DNA of 64,000 nucleotides, from NCBI RefSeq assembly GCF_022045235.1, contig NW_027266308.1, positions 28,458,001 through 28,522,000 of the forward strand, read 5' to 3'. The DNA comes from Haliotis cracherodii (taxonomy: Eukaryota). The notes beneath the pieces were generated by a model. It saw nothing but the letters and a program-made list of their open reading frames with translations, did no database searches and was not told the DNA's origin. The position numbers were made by a program, and so were the translations under genes. This document shows positions 32,568-46,500 of the stretch, piece by piece. Within the stretch, counting starts at the first letter, position 1, and each line of letters starts with the position of its first letter.

Positions 32568-33309
32568 AAACGCAGATTTTCGAGGATTTGGGGCATAGCT
32601 GTTAACTTCTCATCACAAAATTCACATCCCCTTTCCCCCAAAAAGATTGCACGCTCCTGTATAAACTTAGCATATAGGTCAGTGATCTATAGTAGCATGA
32701 TGTCACAACAGAGCATACAGTGCAATTCCTTAACAATAACGTTCTAATGTCAAACATACACCTCAATCGTTACCAAACTTCAGTCGGTAAGCGCCTCAGT
32801 GTTTGTACGGCTCGATGACAACACACACCAGGTCGTGAGATTATCGCACACAGCTAACCATTATCACCCTCTAGCTAAATACTTTAAGTCTTAATCAGAA
32901 TGTGGCATAACTTTGTTTAGTAACGATCAAAAGACGACTTAGCCTACGACAAGGGAGGGCGATCAGCTGAGCTAGGCAACGCCTCCATGTTGATCGGCCT
33001 GACAGGCAATTAACGTCTACTCCAGGTGGATGTGTTTCTGCCGACAAACACCGCTAATGGATGCTGAAGAATGCGTAATATATTACGTAATTTGTATGGG
33101 CGATAATTGGCCGATGGGTAAGAATTGAATTGAATTGGGTAAGTATGTTGGTTAATTACATATTCAGTTAAAACAAGGTTCCAAAGGGCGAAATCACAAA
33201 AAATGGTGTACATTAATGATTTAGTTAATTCCCTGTCAGATATAATTCGACTTTTGCTGACTATACATCTACCGGCGTTGCTGTATCGTGAGTAGAAGTT
33301 ATACACAAA

Positions 33310-33860
33310 TGCCTTAGCAGTGATTCAACAACACTAGAAGACGCGCTTCAGATGAGGCTAGTAAAGTTCAATCCTAGCAAAATGATATATGATGTTTAGT
33401 CTACGTAACTTAGCCCATGTACCTGATTTAATTTTCTACAATCAGTACTTAGATACACAGAAACATGTTGGCGTAGTATTGTCCGATGGTGTTAAGAGTC
33501 ATGTACATGGTGTGAAAAAATCAACATCTAAAAACTTGAGATGTACTTCTGATAAAGGCCCTGTTGAACATATACCAAATATACGCCCTATTTTGGAATA
33601 TGTATTTGGGATGGTTGTGAAGAATAAACTGGTAGACTGGAAATGGTAGAAATAGAAGCAGCAAGGATCGCTACAGGTCTTCCAATATTTACTTCTAAAG
33701 TTAGTTTATGTCATAGTATGTTTCATAATAGACGCAGACAGAAATAGCTTTGTACATTCTACAATGTTTTTAACATAATGTTCCTGATTAATCTCTTCAA
33801 CAAATGAAACGTTCACTAATTATAACCTACGAATCAAATTCGATTCCAGATTTAAAACTA
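33310..33860 (+). mobile_element. Decayed non-LTR retrotransposon (CR1/L2-like) ORF2 C-terminal remnant
   Basis: Frameshifted peptides LVKFNPSK, KHVGVVLS, IRPILEY and EAARIATGLP, typical of the region following the RT domain. Confidence 0.65.
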
Positions 33861-34390
33861 TTACCAGTTGTCAAAATCGTTAATTTATGATATCAAAACA
33901 AAACAAAACAACCCTCCTACCATAATATTAAATGACCGGTCCCATATAGCGCCAGGGTTTTTAGTCTACGTTAATGAAAGCGAGAGTTGTACGACAGTAG
34001 TACAGCCTTAGATAGCTGTGTGCAACGGGACCCAGTGAATACTAGTTTGTAAGTTTATTTGCACACGCATATGTCTAACGGATATTTGCTTGAATGTTGA
34101 CACGAGTAAGCCGCGCGTACGGGCCATCTGAAAGACGCTTGTATATGTCAACATCATTTCCAAGGCCAATAAATATTTTCATATAACATTCTTTTTTACG
34201 GTTTATCATTAGACCGTGTGAAGGTCTCGTACCTTAAATGATCGATATAATTTAATTGATATTTGATTAACCATTGATATAAGTTAACCTTTTAACTCAC
34301 CTGAACCTGAGGTACATGCGACTGATTTCATGGGGTATTGTCAGTCGTGAACTTTAGACGCTTAGACAAGTTAAGTCAAGTGTATTTTGA

Positions 34391-34515
34391 GGCACGGGTG
34401 GCCCAGTCGTCTAAGGCGCCACGAATCGCTATGAAGAGGTGCGCCTTTCAGACACGTCAGAAACCTACAATCGTGGGTTCGAATCCCAGTTCGCACCGTT
34501 TCTAGGTCTGTCAGC
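34391..34515 (+). mobile_element. SINE family D, 5' part
   Basis: GGCACGGGTGGCCCAGTCGTCTAAGGCG...GGGTTCGAATCCC. Confidence 0.7.
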
Positions 34516-35477
34516 CCCCTCCTCTTTATTTATTAATCATTAACCATCTGTTTTGTGCATATTTTGATTTATTTTGACAGTTTTGTGACCTTTATCGTCT
34601 CAAATTCAAATCTAGATACATCCAATCACCGTTGTGTCGATAACTTCTTGTTATCCGAGATTCGACACAATCGCAAAATGAACTTGGGATACATTTACCG
34701 GTTTGCATGAAGAATGGATAACACGAAACATATTCGACAAACAAACAACGACAAAATGATGTAAATCTCGACTTATCAGAGTACAAGTTTGGGACTGGTA
34801 AACAACTTCGAGACAACCATAACTTCGACACATCCGATTTGACAATCAGATGTCAAATAATGATGAATAAAGAAGGAATATGCAGGGTCAAACTTTAAAT
34901 CGAGACAACCGTAAGTTCTACACAACAGTGTTGGACTGTATATAGCGTTGGAAACATGAATACAGTTCAGGTGATCGACGCAGTCTACTCACTGTTTATG
35001 TGTTACGCGAGTTCATGAACGTAGATGAACACAAACATACAAACAATTTACGTTTGTTGTTTTGATAATTAGGAAGAGCAATGGGACTGGCTGTGCAATA
35101 TGTGCTCCGACCGAGTTGTGTCAATTTCCACATTGCAGCCTGAGGTCTTTATGTAACCTGTTCTCTCAAGTCTGGGTGTCATCCGACATTGTCCCAGTGA
35201 CCTGCTTTTTGGATAGCAATCACAAAACTTGGCCGAATTACGTTAAGCATTTCTATTGGCTGATAACCAACATAGCCTCGAGACATTCTCCTTGATAACA
35301 CCGATAATTAATCAGTGCAGACCCGCCTATAGGTATATCTGTGGCATGTTATAGTGGTAAAACAAAGTATACTCGAAGTCAGTGTTAACGCACCGTGATA
35401 CAAGATATCATGACTTTATTATCTTTGTTTGAACTGATTGCTTCCAGTCCTAAAAGTATTCGACCTAGTTTAGGGCT

Positions 35478-36716
35478 CTACCTATAATAAACTACGACCA
35501 AGTCTACAGCTATACCTATAGTAAACTACAACCAAGTCTACAGCTATACCTATAGTAAACTACGACCAAGTCTACAGCTATACCTATAGTAAACTACAAC
35601 CAAGTCTACAGCTATACCTATAGTAAACTACGACCAAGTCTACAGCTATACCTATAGTAAACTACGACCAAGTCCACAACTATACCTATAGTAAACTACG
35701 ACCAAGTCTACAGCTATACCTATAGTAAACTACAACCAAGTCTACAGCTATACCTATAGTAAACTACGACCAAGTCTACAGCTATACCTATAGTAAACTA
35801 CGACCAAGTCTACAGCTATACCTATAGTAAACTACAACCAAGTCTACAGCTATACCTATAGTAAACTACGACCAAGTCCACAACTATACCTATAGTAAAC
35901 TACGACCAAGTCTACAGCTATACCTATAGTAAACTACGACCAAGTTACAACTATACCTATAGTAAACTACGACCAAGTTACAACTATACCTATAGTAAAC
36001 TACGACCAAGTCTACAGCTATACCTATAGTAAACTACGACCAAGTCTACAGCTATACCTATAGTAAACTACGACCAAGTCTACAGCTATACCTATAGTAA
36101 ACTACGACCAAGTCTACAGCTATACCTATAGTAAACTACGACCAAGTCTACAGCTATACCTATAGTAAACTACGACCAAGTCTACAGCTATACCTATAGT
36201 AAACTACGATCAAGTCTACAACTATACCTATAGTAAACTACGACCAAGTCTACAACTATACCTATAGTAAACTACGACCAAGTCCACAACTATACCTATA
36301 GTAAACTACGACCAAGTCTACAGCTATACCTATAGTAAACTACGACCAAGTCTACAGCTATACCTATAGTAAACTACGACCAAGTCTACAGCTATACCTA
36401 TAGTAAACTACGACCAAGTCTACAGCTATACCTATAGTAAACTACGACCAAGTCTACAGCTATACCTATAGTAAACTACGACCATATCTACAGCTATACC
36501 TATAGTAAACTACGACCAAGTCTACAGCTATACCTATAGTAAACTACGACCAAGTCTACAGCTATACCTATAGTAAACTACGATCATATCTACAGCTATA
36601 CCTATAGTAAACTACGACCAAGTCTACAGCTATACCTATAGTAAACTACGACCATATCTACAGCTATACCTATAGTAAACTACGACCAAGTCTACAGCTA
36701 TACCTATAGTAAACTA
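35478..36716. repeat. 34-bp minisatellite, about 36 units (TATACCTATAGTAAACTACGACCAAGTCTACAGC)
   Basis: Direct head-to-tail repeats with a few recurring variants and no spacers. Confidence 0.97.
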
Positions 36717-37988
36717 TAAAGACAATTACGTGATAAGAACACTTGCTTATACCTGACATCGAAATGAATTCTCTTTTGGAATAACCCATAGTATTCTGCA
36801 TAACACCTGTCATGCCGTTTTAAAACATGTCTCTTGGCCAATGTAATATCGGTTCTTGAAGCTTTTCGTACCATCTCACTTATTTCTGGGATAGCGTCCT
36901 TATTGCCAATGTTGCCTTTTAAATAATGATGCGTTGCACAATGACATATGACATATGACATTAATGTATTATTTCCTTTGTTTGGCATATGAAGTGAATG
37001 TCATCGTTTGAACAGTTTATATTATGCTAAAAGTCAACAAGTGGAGCTTAATCCGAAATGGATGCTCTACCATTCTCTTTGTGAGTGCCATACTTGGACA
37101 TACTTGCTTAGATTGAAACTTCTTTTCTTCTCTTTTGCTTGTTCGGCGTATCATAAATCTGTTGCATCCATATACACAGAGAGTGAAAAAAAGAGCGAAG
37201 GTTTTGACCATGTCCCCTTTTTTCTTTAAAAAATAAAAAAATAATTATTTTTTTTACGTCATTTAATTTAACATGGGGCACCTGCTATCTTGGACAGGAA
37301 CCTCTATTTATAACAGGGATCCACATATCCGGAGAGTGAATCTGTGTGTGAATGGTTTTTTCATGTCTCCAATTTCTTTACAAAAAGAAATAAATCTTTT
37401 CATACATCATTTATTATTACATGGGGCTCCTGCTACCCTGGGCCGGAACCTATGTTTGTTAGAGGGATGTCTGAAATAAAAAGATAATTGTAAAAAAGAC
37501 TTGCACTGACAGCGTAACTTGTGTGATCTGGTAGTTAGACAAACAACCGCCGAGAGTTCATGTACTTTCACCGCGTATAGTCCAACCTGAGAGATATGGC
37601 CCAGACACGTACACATGGACCGATCGCTAAGTAGGACTCAGGTACGCGTTTATAGTTGTATGGCCCTTAAAGTGTCATTCCCATAACCTCCCCAAAATAA
37701 CTGCACCTTTCAGTGACTTTTTTTCTATCTTTTTCGGCCGTGGTGCTGCAAGTGTGAATATTCACCATGTGCTGTGATTAACGATGCGTTATGTGATATC
37801 CAAACAGTCATTTGACACCTATTTTAAAATGTATCCACCTTGTCGTTGAAGGGGAATGAAAACATATAAAACTAAATTTGTGAGCTACACTGAAAGAAAA
37901 ACCTAATCGACTTGAAGAGAACTAGTAAAACAATCGCGCAACCTAGTCAACTATCCCTGACGATCCACTGACTTGGGAAGATCGTAAA

Positions 37989-38187
37989 AAGTAAGGATAA
38001 GAATTTATGGATGAACACCTTCTTTATTACAATTAAGAGCGACGTTTCGGTGTAGGTTTTAACACCGTTATCAAGCAAGTGGTGTTAGAACCTACACCGA
38101 AACTTCGCTCTTAATTGTAATAAAGAAGTTGTTCATCCATAAATTCTTATCCTTACTTAGTACTCCAACTTCGAAATGTCTATCAAA
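37989..38187. mobile_element. Inverted-repeat remnant of a Penelope-like element terminal repeat with a hammerhead-ribozyme-like motif
   Basis: Arms of about 78 bp around a 14-nt loop. Minus strand reads TTGATAA-c-GGTGT-loop-ACACC-GAAACGTC. Flanked by GAAGA(T/A)CGTAAAA direct repeats. Confidence 0.55.
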
Positions 38188-38520
38188 GAAGAACGTAAAA
38201 GTTGGAAACACGTGATACACCTGTGACGTCATCCAATTGTTCTGTACAGTACTTGAGCTCAATCAAGTTGAAAGCCGGGAGCGAGTTTGAATATATACTG
38301 ACGGAAAAGAGTAACTGTGCTTCATATATAGTGTTGTATATGTTATGTTATTTCTAAAAATTATAAAATAACAACATAATATTTTGTCATTTGTCAGATA
38401 AATGTTTTATCATAACTAATTCTTTGACAAAACCCATACCTGGTAATAGAAGACAGAGTGACACGCCCCAAAAGAGTACTGAGTAGTGAACTCCACCTTT
38501 CTCAAAGCAGAACAGTGGTT

Positions 38521-39350
38521 GGGGCACGGGTAGCCCAGTCGTCTAAGGCGCGCGATTCGATGTGCAGAGTTGCGTCCCTTGGGCACGCCAGAAACCTTTG
38601 ATTGTGGGTTCGAATCACGGTTCGTCCCGATTATGTTTCTAGGTTTGTCAGACCGTGCTCGTGGGTTTCACGGAAGTGGTAAACATCTGAGGCCTGCATC
38701 ACTTCATCTTCCTGAGGCAAGAATGTTAATTGACTATAAACGTCCAGTTTCCACCCTTGTCGAACTAGGCTGGTATTATGGAGTTACATTTTGACTGGAC
38801 TAACGAGTCTATGCATAGTCCAATCAAAATCGCGCACCGAAATCGAAATCCGGTTCGTAAACTGTCGTGCAGATTTCGATCGATTGCAGGATTTGCAAAG
38901 CATGTGCATCGCCAACTCGTTGTCAGCAGATATTTTCCAAATCTTTTCATGTTTTTAATCAAGGTGATCACGTGATTTGATGCATTTCGGGATGGCAGAC
39001 CCCTTTTATCACAATATAGATCTTGATTATCGATCAGATCGTCCTGACTGGGCGCCACCAATTTGTGTGAAGCAAACGCAAGTGATACGAGAGGTGGAAT
39101 CTGATTGGTCCATAAGAGAGGCTTAGAAGGGACATAACTGGTAATAGCCACTGGTGGCGCTACGATCGAGCCCAGTAATTCCAGCCTAGTTCGGCAAGGG
39201 TGGAAACTGGACTTTTAAAGTCATTTAACTCTCTTGCCTCGGGAAGATGGCATCACTTTGGGCTTTCCTCCCACATTAAGCTGACACGCCGCGATATAAC
39301 TCGAATACTGTTAAAAGCACCAGTGAACCCAACTCACTCACTCATTCACT
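38521..39350 (+). mobile_element. SINE family D interrupted by MITE C
   Basis: Head at 38521-38704 and tail at 39250-39350. Confidence 0.8.
38705..39249 (+). mobile_element. MITE family C (545 bp, TIRs of about 65 bp starting CATCTTCC; hAT- or P-like)
   Basis: TIR CATCTTCCTGAGGCAAG.. / ..CTTGCCTCGGGAAGATG; TSD GCATCACTT on both sides. Confidence 0.85.
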
Positions 39351-40329
39351 GATCAGTGGTGATCCTAAATTGGAATGGAATGGGCGACCATTAAGCCTGT
39401 CCAAGGTGCAGTGTTGCGTGATACTTTATGACGATGTCGATCCAAGTCACATGGGACATTTCCGTTTCTACCCAGCTACGGACAAGTCAATTTGACTAGT
39501 GGGTTTGTTAATTTGACTGATTTATACTGTAAAAATGTGGAAGATAAACACGTATCGACAGAACTTTGTTTTCATGCGTGGTACAGTCACACACCTCCTA
39601 CACGTGTCTACACATTCATGCATGGTACAGCCATACCTTCACAACACGTGCCTACAATACACAGCTGAGAATATGTCATTGTTGAGATACCCAAATCAAT
39701 ATCTGACCATAACGGGACAAGGACTCTCGATAGACAGCCGATGGGAGCGAAGTTCACACATCTCCAACCCACCTGGTGACTTGTCTCGTATCTGTATCTA
39801 TCAGTCCCACCGACGACGTCGCAGCAGCAGGCGTGATAGCGCCCCCGTGTACGTACCGGTAAGAACCTTTAACGCTACTCCACAGATCTTGTGGATAAAA
39901 CGCAACGCACAGGGGATTTGTTGTTGGTTGTTGTGTTGATGTTATTAGCTAAACCACTGTTGTGAAGAGTTACAGCCGGACATCTCAATAGGTGCTGAGT
40001 ACCGTTGTTATAACATACTGCAGGATTGTGTTTATTGTTTGTATGTCTTTGGTTTGGGATGCGTAAACCTGTGTTTACTTTAATTCATGTTATCCCTTTG
40101 TTTGCGTGCCGTCATAAAGCTTCCGCCATTAAGATTTGTGCCATCCCGCCATTCTTCGCATGCACGCACATACCTCCCCCCGATCGATGAACCTTCTTGG
40201 GGAGTGTTCTCGCTGCCAGACTCTCGCTGGTGATTTTTATGTCAGGTACAGAGTGGCGCTACCTTGTGACAGGTTTAGTTGAGTATTTGGACACACGGTC
40301 CATGGTAATAGCTGCCATGCAGTTTAGGC

Positions 40330-40510
40330 TAGACTAACATCTAGTCTCTGAAATGAACATATTTCACAGATATAAACAGTTGTAAAATTTTAGTTATGAA
40401 ATATAATAAAAAAAGAACCCAGAGAGTCTTTTCATTTCCAGATACTGCAGTAATCTAAACTTGCCAAATATTGCAAGGGCGGTATTGGATATATCTTGTG
40501 CAGGCCCAAA
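40330..40510 (+). mobile_element. Family G element, degraded 3' end
   Basis: Starts TAGACTAACATCTAGTCTCTGAAATG. Confidence 0.55.
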
Positions 40511-41522
40511 AGTAGGCTTACGAAAACAAATGTATTAATTCCTGAAGACATGAAACGTTTCATATGGATAACACGTTATTGCTGATCTCGACAGAACGTC
40601 TTGTCCCGTAAGCGTAAGATGATTAAGAAAGAAGTAGCCTTGAAACGTCGTGACAGACAATGTTGTTCTTCGCTACTGCCTCAATGTTAACTTAAATAAA
40701 TTGCGAGTAATTTCATGGCATTTGTTTGGCTTACAAAGCCTTTTCTGCGTTTAGTTTTTCATAAACGGAAAAAAACCCAGTGATGTCCATGACCCTGTGC
40801 GGACTAATATTTCCTGATTGGCTGTTACAGGGTGGGCGGAATTTGGGTCGCTTTATCGTGCTGAAGGACGTCACTGATTTCGTTTGGTTGTCTACTAGCT
40901 TTTGTGTCAATGATTTAACAAACAGGCAGTAAATAAATAAATAAGAAAAAAAAAATGTACATTGAAACTTCAGTGGTTTTTTTGTGTTTTTAAAAAAAAA
41001 ATGAGGTTAACTAGCTGTGCACACTAGCGTAAATTTGCGTCTCTACATTGGTTTTTACTTATATGCATCCATAAAACGCAATGCACATTATAAGTAAATA
41101 TTTATGTAACTTTATTTAACATAACTTCCAAATTTTCCCAATTACAATGGGTTACTATCAAAGTTATCTTAACGCTACGATCATCGTAAGTCTGTTACAA
41201 CCAAGGAGTTACGACATACGCAGAACCAAGATCGCTTTGTGAAACCGGACCGAACACGTCACTAGACCCTTTCTATGACGTCATACTATTGTTTCGATAG
41301 ACACTTCGAAAATGCTTATTACCAAAGGGAACATGCAAAGGGAATATGTGAAATATGTAAGAATTACAACGAAGAGGGCTACACGGCATTCTGTCTTCAG
41401 TATGGCCTCGATGTGCTTGTAAAGCCAAGCGTGGTTCTGACGGTAACACTAAATAATTCATTTTTAACCACCGCATATATTATCATGAAGAATTTCATAC
41501 CAATGTGTTACGTAAAAAGAAA

Positions 41523-41758
41523 CCGCCTCCGTGGTCTAGTGGTGGAGCGTCCACCCGGAGAGCTGAAGGTCCGGGTTTCGATCCCCGGCCGCATCCTATC
41601 CAACGTTAAAAGATGGCACTTGTTGTTACCCTGCCTGGCGCTCGGCATAAGGGGCTAACTAAAATAAGGACTGGTCTGCTCGGAGTCAGTATATACTGTG
41701 TCTGAGTGGGGTATTCATGTTAAACCTCGGCATGGTAAACTCTATTTCACCTCACCTA
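41523..41758 (+). mobile_element. SINE family E, internally deleted
   Basis: Head, centre and TTTCACCTCACC tail are present. Confidence 0.75.
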
Positions 41759-42907
41759 CTGAATAAGATACTTGAAATTGTAAAGTAAACCTGACGATAT
41801 AAGTTACATGAATTTTAATGTCATTATTGTATATTCTCATCCCTGATATATTATATTTTTGTTTTTATTGTAGGATATATTATAATGGTAGTAATGTAAT
41901 GGAATTGTTTGTCGTTCTGGTATTCTGGACGCTCTCTCCTGGTGTAAACTATTTATTTTTCTGAATGTATTTAAGTAAATACAATGTGTTATCATAGAAA
42001 TATATGAAAAAAACCCGTTGTCGTTTAAACTATGCACCCAAAAATTCCGATCATTTGTAGAAATTATTTGCAGTATAATGTACCTTTAGTAATCATTAAC
42101 CAAGCTTCAAATCAAATAACATAAAGATTTGGGTTGTCAAAAGTATATCTGGGGTGAAAGTCATCATTGGACTCTGGACAGAGGAAGACATCGTATGTTT
42201 CTCACTCCTACTGACCCCGTTAGGCGACATAGATGACTAATTTGACCTTAACCTTATTCTAAGACGAATTGTTACATCGCTGTGGCACTACATCTGTCAT
42301 CCGTTTCATTCACGTGTACGTTTTGTATAAATAATGAAGCTACACGCAACAAAGACTCGAGGGGTCTTGTTGCCATAAACCGCATTTCCTCTTAAAGTCA
42401 CGCTAAATATAGTGTTTCCGTCATACACCCGCCGACTAGCAGAGACATGGTCCATGTTCCAAAAACGATCTTAGCACGAAGACAATCTCAACCCCCATAC
42501 TTCAACATATACTGAGGTCGCTTTGTTGAACATAGGTCCTGTGTTTTTAAGATACCTTGGTTATATTCTACCAAATGTTTTACCTGACGCCTATTTTGAT
42601 AACCAGCGTCCATTTGGGGAAATACGTTATGTTTTGTGTTAGGGCGAATTCATCAACCTTTTAAAATGTTTTGTACGTGTACCTCGTCATGCGCTGCAGG
42701 CTGAGACGTTTCATAAATGAGGGGTCTTGGCAAAAAAGTAATTCTATTTTTCATCTGCTTCACTGCTCCCTGTAAATAATTGAGCACTGGCAAGACAGAC
42801 CTGTGGTTGATCGCACGACCAACGACTAACGTCTTAGAGGAATGATGGCACTCATCAATTAGGTCACACACACTGTAAATAAGAGCCCGCTGTTACGATA
42901 GGAATGC

Positions 42908-43150
42908 GTTTGTTTGTTTGTTGTTTAACGCCGCACGCAGAAATATGCAGCTTTATGACGGCGGTCTGTAAATATTCGAGTCTCGACCAGACAATCCAGT
43001 GATTGACATCATGAGCATCGATCCACACAATTTGGATACGATGACTTGCATCAACCAAATCAGCGAACCCGACCATCTGATCCCGTTAGTCGCCTTTTCC
43101 GCCAAAGTGGGTTGCTGAATAACTATTCTAACCCGGATCATCATGGGTGC
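42908..43150 (-). mobile_element. SINE family B
   Basis: Reverse-complement match; carries a single copy of the AAAAGGCGACTAA module. Confidence 0.75.
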
Positions 43151-43587
43151 GATAGGAAGGTGATACCTGGGACTTTAAACCATGCATGTTCATCGGGTAA
43201 AATATGATGTTGAGGAAGATTTTCGGTTGTGATGATCAGCTGTTTGGGGCTCCCTAACTTATCGGGCTGAATTAGGGCAGTATGCATCGGAATAGTGATT
43301 TTACTATGAAAAACGAAATATGAAATATCCAGATATTGGGCTACACTGGAGATTTGCTAAACCAGCTTGTTTTTAACCCCAAAAAATAACAAAAATAACT
43401 TCATTTCACTTTTGACATGATCCCTATCAAAATCTTGGAGCATGTGTTTCAAAGATGACGTATCTTGGCGTTTCGTGGAACGTATTATAACCTTGTCGCA
43501 TTATTTGCCCAAAGGCAAAGTTAAACTAAATGTTTTCAAGATGTGCATGAAAGTGACATTATTTTTAATTTCAGATAAATTACTACA

Positions 43588-46500
43588 ATGAGGTCGTGTA
43601 CCGCTCGTACGATCTCCCGCTGTCTGAGGGATGGATCTCGCCTCCCCCTCCCGACCGCCGCCCGGGTCCTTCCGTCACCTCAAGGGTCCGTCTGCCCGTC
43701 TTGTAGCAGGGTGACCCAAGCTTCAGGGCGGGTAACTCTGGGAGCGAGGCCGTTCAGCTCACTTATCTCCCCTGACAACATCGTCCGAAGCCCCTTCCCT
43801 GATGAGGACATACCCAATGTGAACTTCGCTCAGTATGTGCTAGAGATGATGCAGCCATATGCCAAACTCACAGCAACGGTGAGTAGTTATCACATTACTA
43901 TTTATAAAAAAAATCCTTTTTTTATTGTTTGTTGTTTAAAGCCAGTCGGTAATATTCCAGCTATGTCTCGGCGGTCTATTAATATTCGACCCCGCTCGAG
44001 ACAAACCAGTGGTTGATATTATGAACACCTTCTCATGCCGTCGGAGAACAATGATGCGTCATCAACCTTTGAGCCCCCTATCATGGTGACTACCCATTTA
44101 TTCGACAAATTATTGGGACTGAGGGGTTCTTTGTATGTTGTTTATGTTAATCTGCATACGTATCTCTCAACTATATAACCATGTCCTACCCATACCCAGT
44201 TGTTAATATCATGGTAAAGGTATACTAACACCTGTAACTATACCTCGCTTTGAAAGAATATAGAATTTGAAATCCATAGGTAAACTTTGTCTTCCAAATT
44301 TTGATTTTTGTAAGATTAAAAGTTGCCTTCTTAGTAAAGATGGATTTCATGAACATACTTTGGGAAAATGTGAAAACAATATATCCAATGGTTTCTGAGA
44401 TCTTTTCTATTTTTGAAATGCATTTTATGTTAGAATTTCTACTCAAGCCATTCCTGTGCATTTATCAAATTGAATGACATTTGAATTTTTGTTTTTAATT
44501 AAATCGGAAGATATTTATTGATAAAAATAGTAAAAGACATGACGACCTTTTTTGAAATCCCATCTTCTCGAGGCAAGGGAGTTAACTGAAAGTCCAGTTT
44601 CCACCCTTACCGAACTAGGCTTGAAAATTCCTGAGTTATATTTTGGCTGGACTAACGAGTCTATGCACTGAGTCCAATCCAAATCGCGTAATGAACTAGA
44701 CATCCGGTTCGTAAACAACATGGATTTCAAAGCGCAGATTTCGACTGACAGCAGGATTTGATAACCACGTGTACCGTCAACTGGGCGTCGACAGATACTT
44801 TTCAAATCGTTTCATGTGTCTTATCAAGGTGCTCAAGAGATTTGATGCAATTCGGGAGGTAAGGCCCGTTTTATTATGGCGCCGTGCTTTTTTGTTTGTT
44901 TTGAGAACGTTACAAGGGGACGAGAATAGTTGGACAGATGTAATCAAACTTTGAAAAGAGACATTTCTTTGTTCTCACACTTGCACAGTATTATGTGTAC
45001 ATGCGAAATACACAAAAAATTAAGAAAATACATCTTAAAAGATTCCTAACTGTAAATTATTACACTAAAGACGTTTGTGTCAGTCGGGCACATTGGCCAA
45101 AGGGAGCCAAAGTCTATGATATGAGTATTTGTTACAGAGATGAAAACATTTTTTCTAAATGAAACCATATCTTTGTCTCATGCATGTATAATGGTATGTG
45201 TACATACGAAATGCATAAATCATGAAAATGGTTATAACATTTTTTAATGTACGTTATTACACTAAACACGTTTCTGTTAATCGGGCTCAATGAGTAGAGG
45301 GTTGGTTGGTTGGTTTGTTGTTTAACGCCGGACTCAGCAATATTCCAGCTATATGACGGCGGTCTGTAAATAATCGAGTCTGGACCAGACAATTCAGTGA
45401 TTGATATCATGAGCATCGATCCACGCAATTGAGATCGATGACATGCATCAACCAAGTCAGCGAGCCTGACCACGCGATCCCGTTAGTCGCCTTTTACGAC
45501 AAGCATAGTCGCCTTTTACGGCAAGCATGGGTTGCTGAAGACCTCTTGTACCCTTCACGGGTCGAGCAAAGGGAGTCAAGCTCTGTCATGGGTCAGGCGG
45601 GCAACATTGACCCAGTTTCCGTTTGGCGAGGTGTGGACACTTTTGTACAGCGTGAATAATTGCCGTGTCAGACTACTGGAGTAAACATGCAGTACCCTAA
45701 GCATTAGGAAGGGAACACTCACTGAGAAATGAATAAAGGTTATAAAAATAACACACATACGTTTTGGGTTTCAATTTTAACAATATCTGCATTTGTCTCC
45801 TCTGATCTAGTTCTATTAGATTATATTACAACAAAGCAACTATTACTTTGAACATGTTTGTGATTAAATATTATTAATAACTTTACCAATGTAGATATAC
45901 AAAACATGTTTTATGCCACTCTGCCCATCGTGTCACTATTATAATTGTTCGTTCAATTCTAGACAATGCAACAATGTTGCTAACATGTGATGTGGCAACA
46001 AAATAATTTGTATGCCATTCCATTCAGTTAACATTTTTAACATTTTAGACATTTATCATAAATACCACTATGATTGTGTTAATTCCTCTTGTTCCTCGAA
46101 AAAACAGTAACACAATGTATATTACACAGTATATTTTGTATATTACATATGTATTTTAACTCAAATGTGTTATTTTCTCATTCCTGACCTGAAGGTACCA
46201 CATGCAAATTACAATTTATTTCACCTTCATAGTTACACACGTGCGCTTTATGAAAGTATAAGTACTTGCATCGTTGGGCAGGAATGCTACAAAATGTCGA
46301 CGTGTTGATCCTCTTGATCAAAGTTATCCTGTTACGATATCTATTTTGATTATCGATCAAATCGTCTTGACTGGGCGGCGCCATTTTGTTTGAAGCAAAT
46401 GCAAATGATATGAGAGGTGGATTCACGATTGGTCAATTGGAGGGACATAGACATAAATGTATCATTATGTAATTAGTGTCTCGTAGGCCAACTGGCCGGG

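Noticed and set aside
35478-36716. CRISPR array
   Set aside because: The 34-bp units are contiguous with no unique spacers, there are no cas genes, and the context is eukaryotic.
40543-40660. Hammerhead-like CTGAAGA..GAAACGTT
   Set aside because: There is essentially no helix II or helix I, so it is too degenerate to support.
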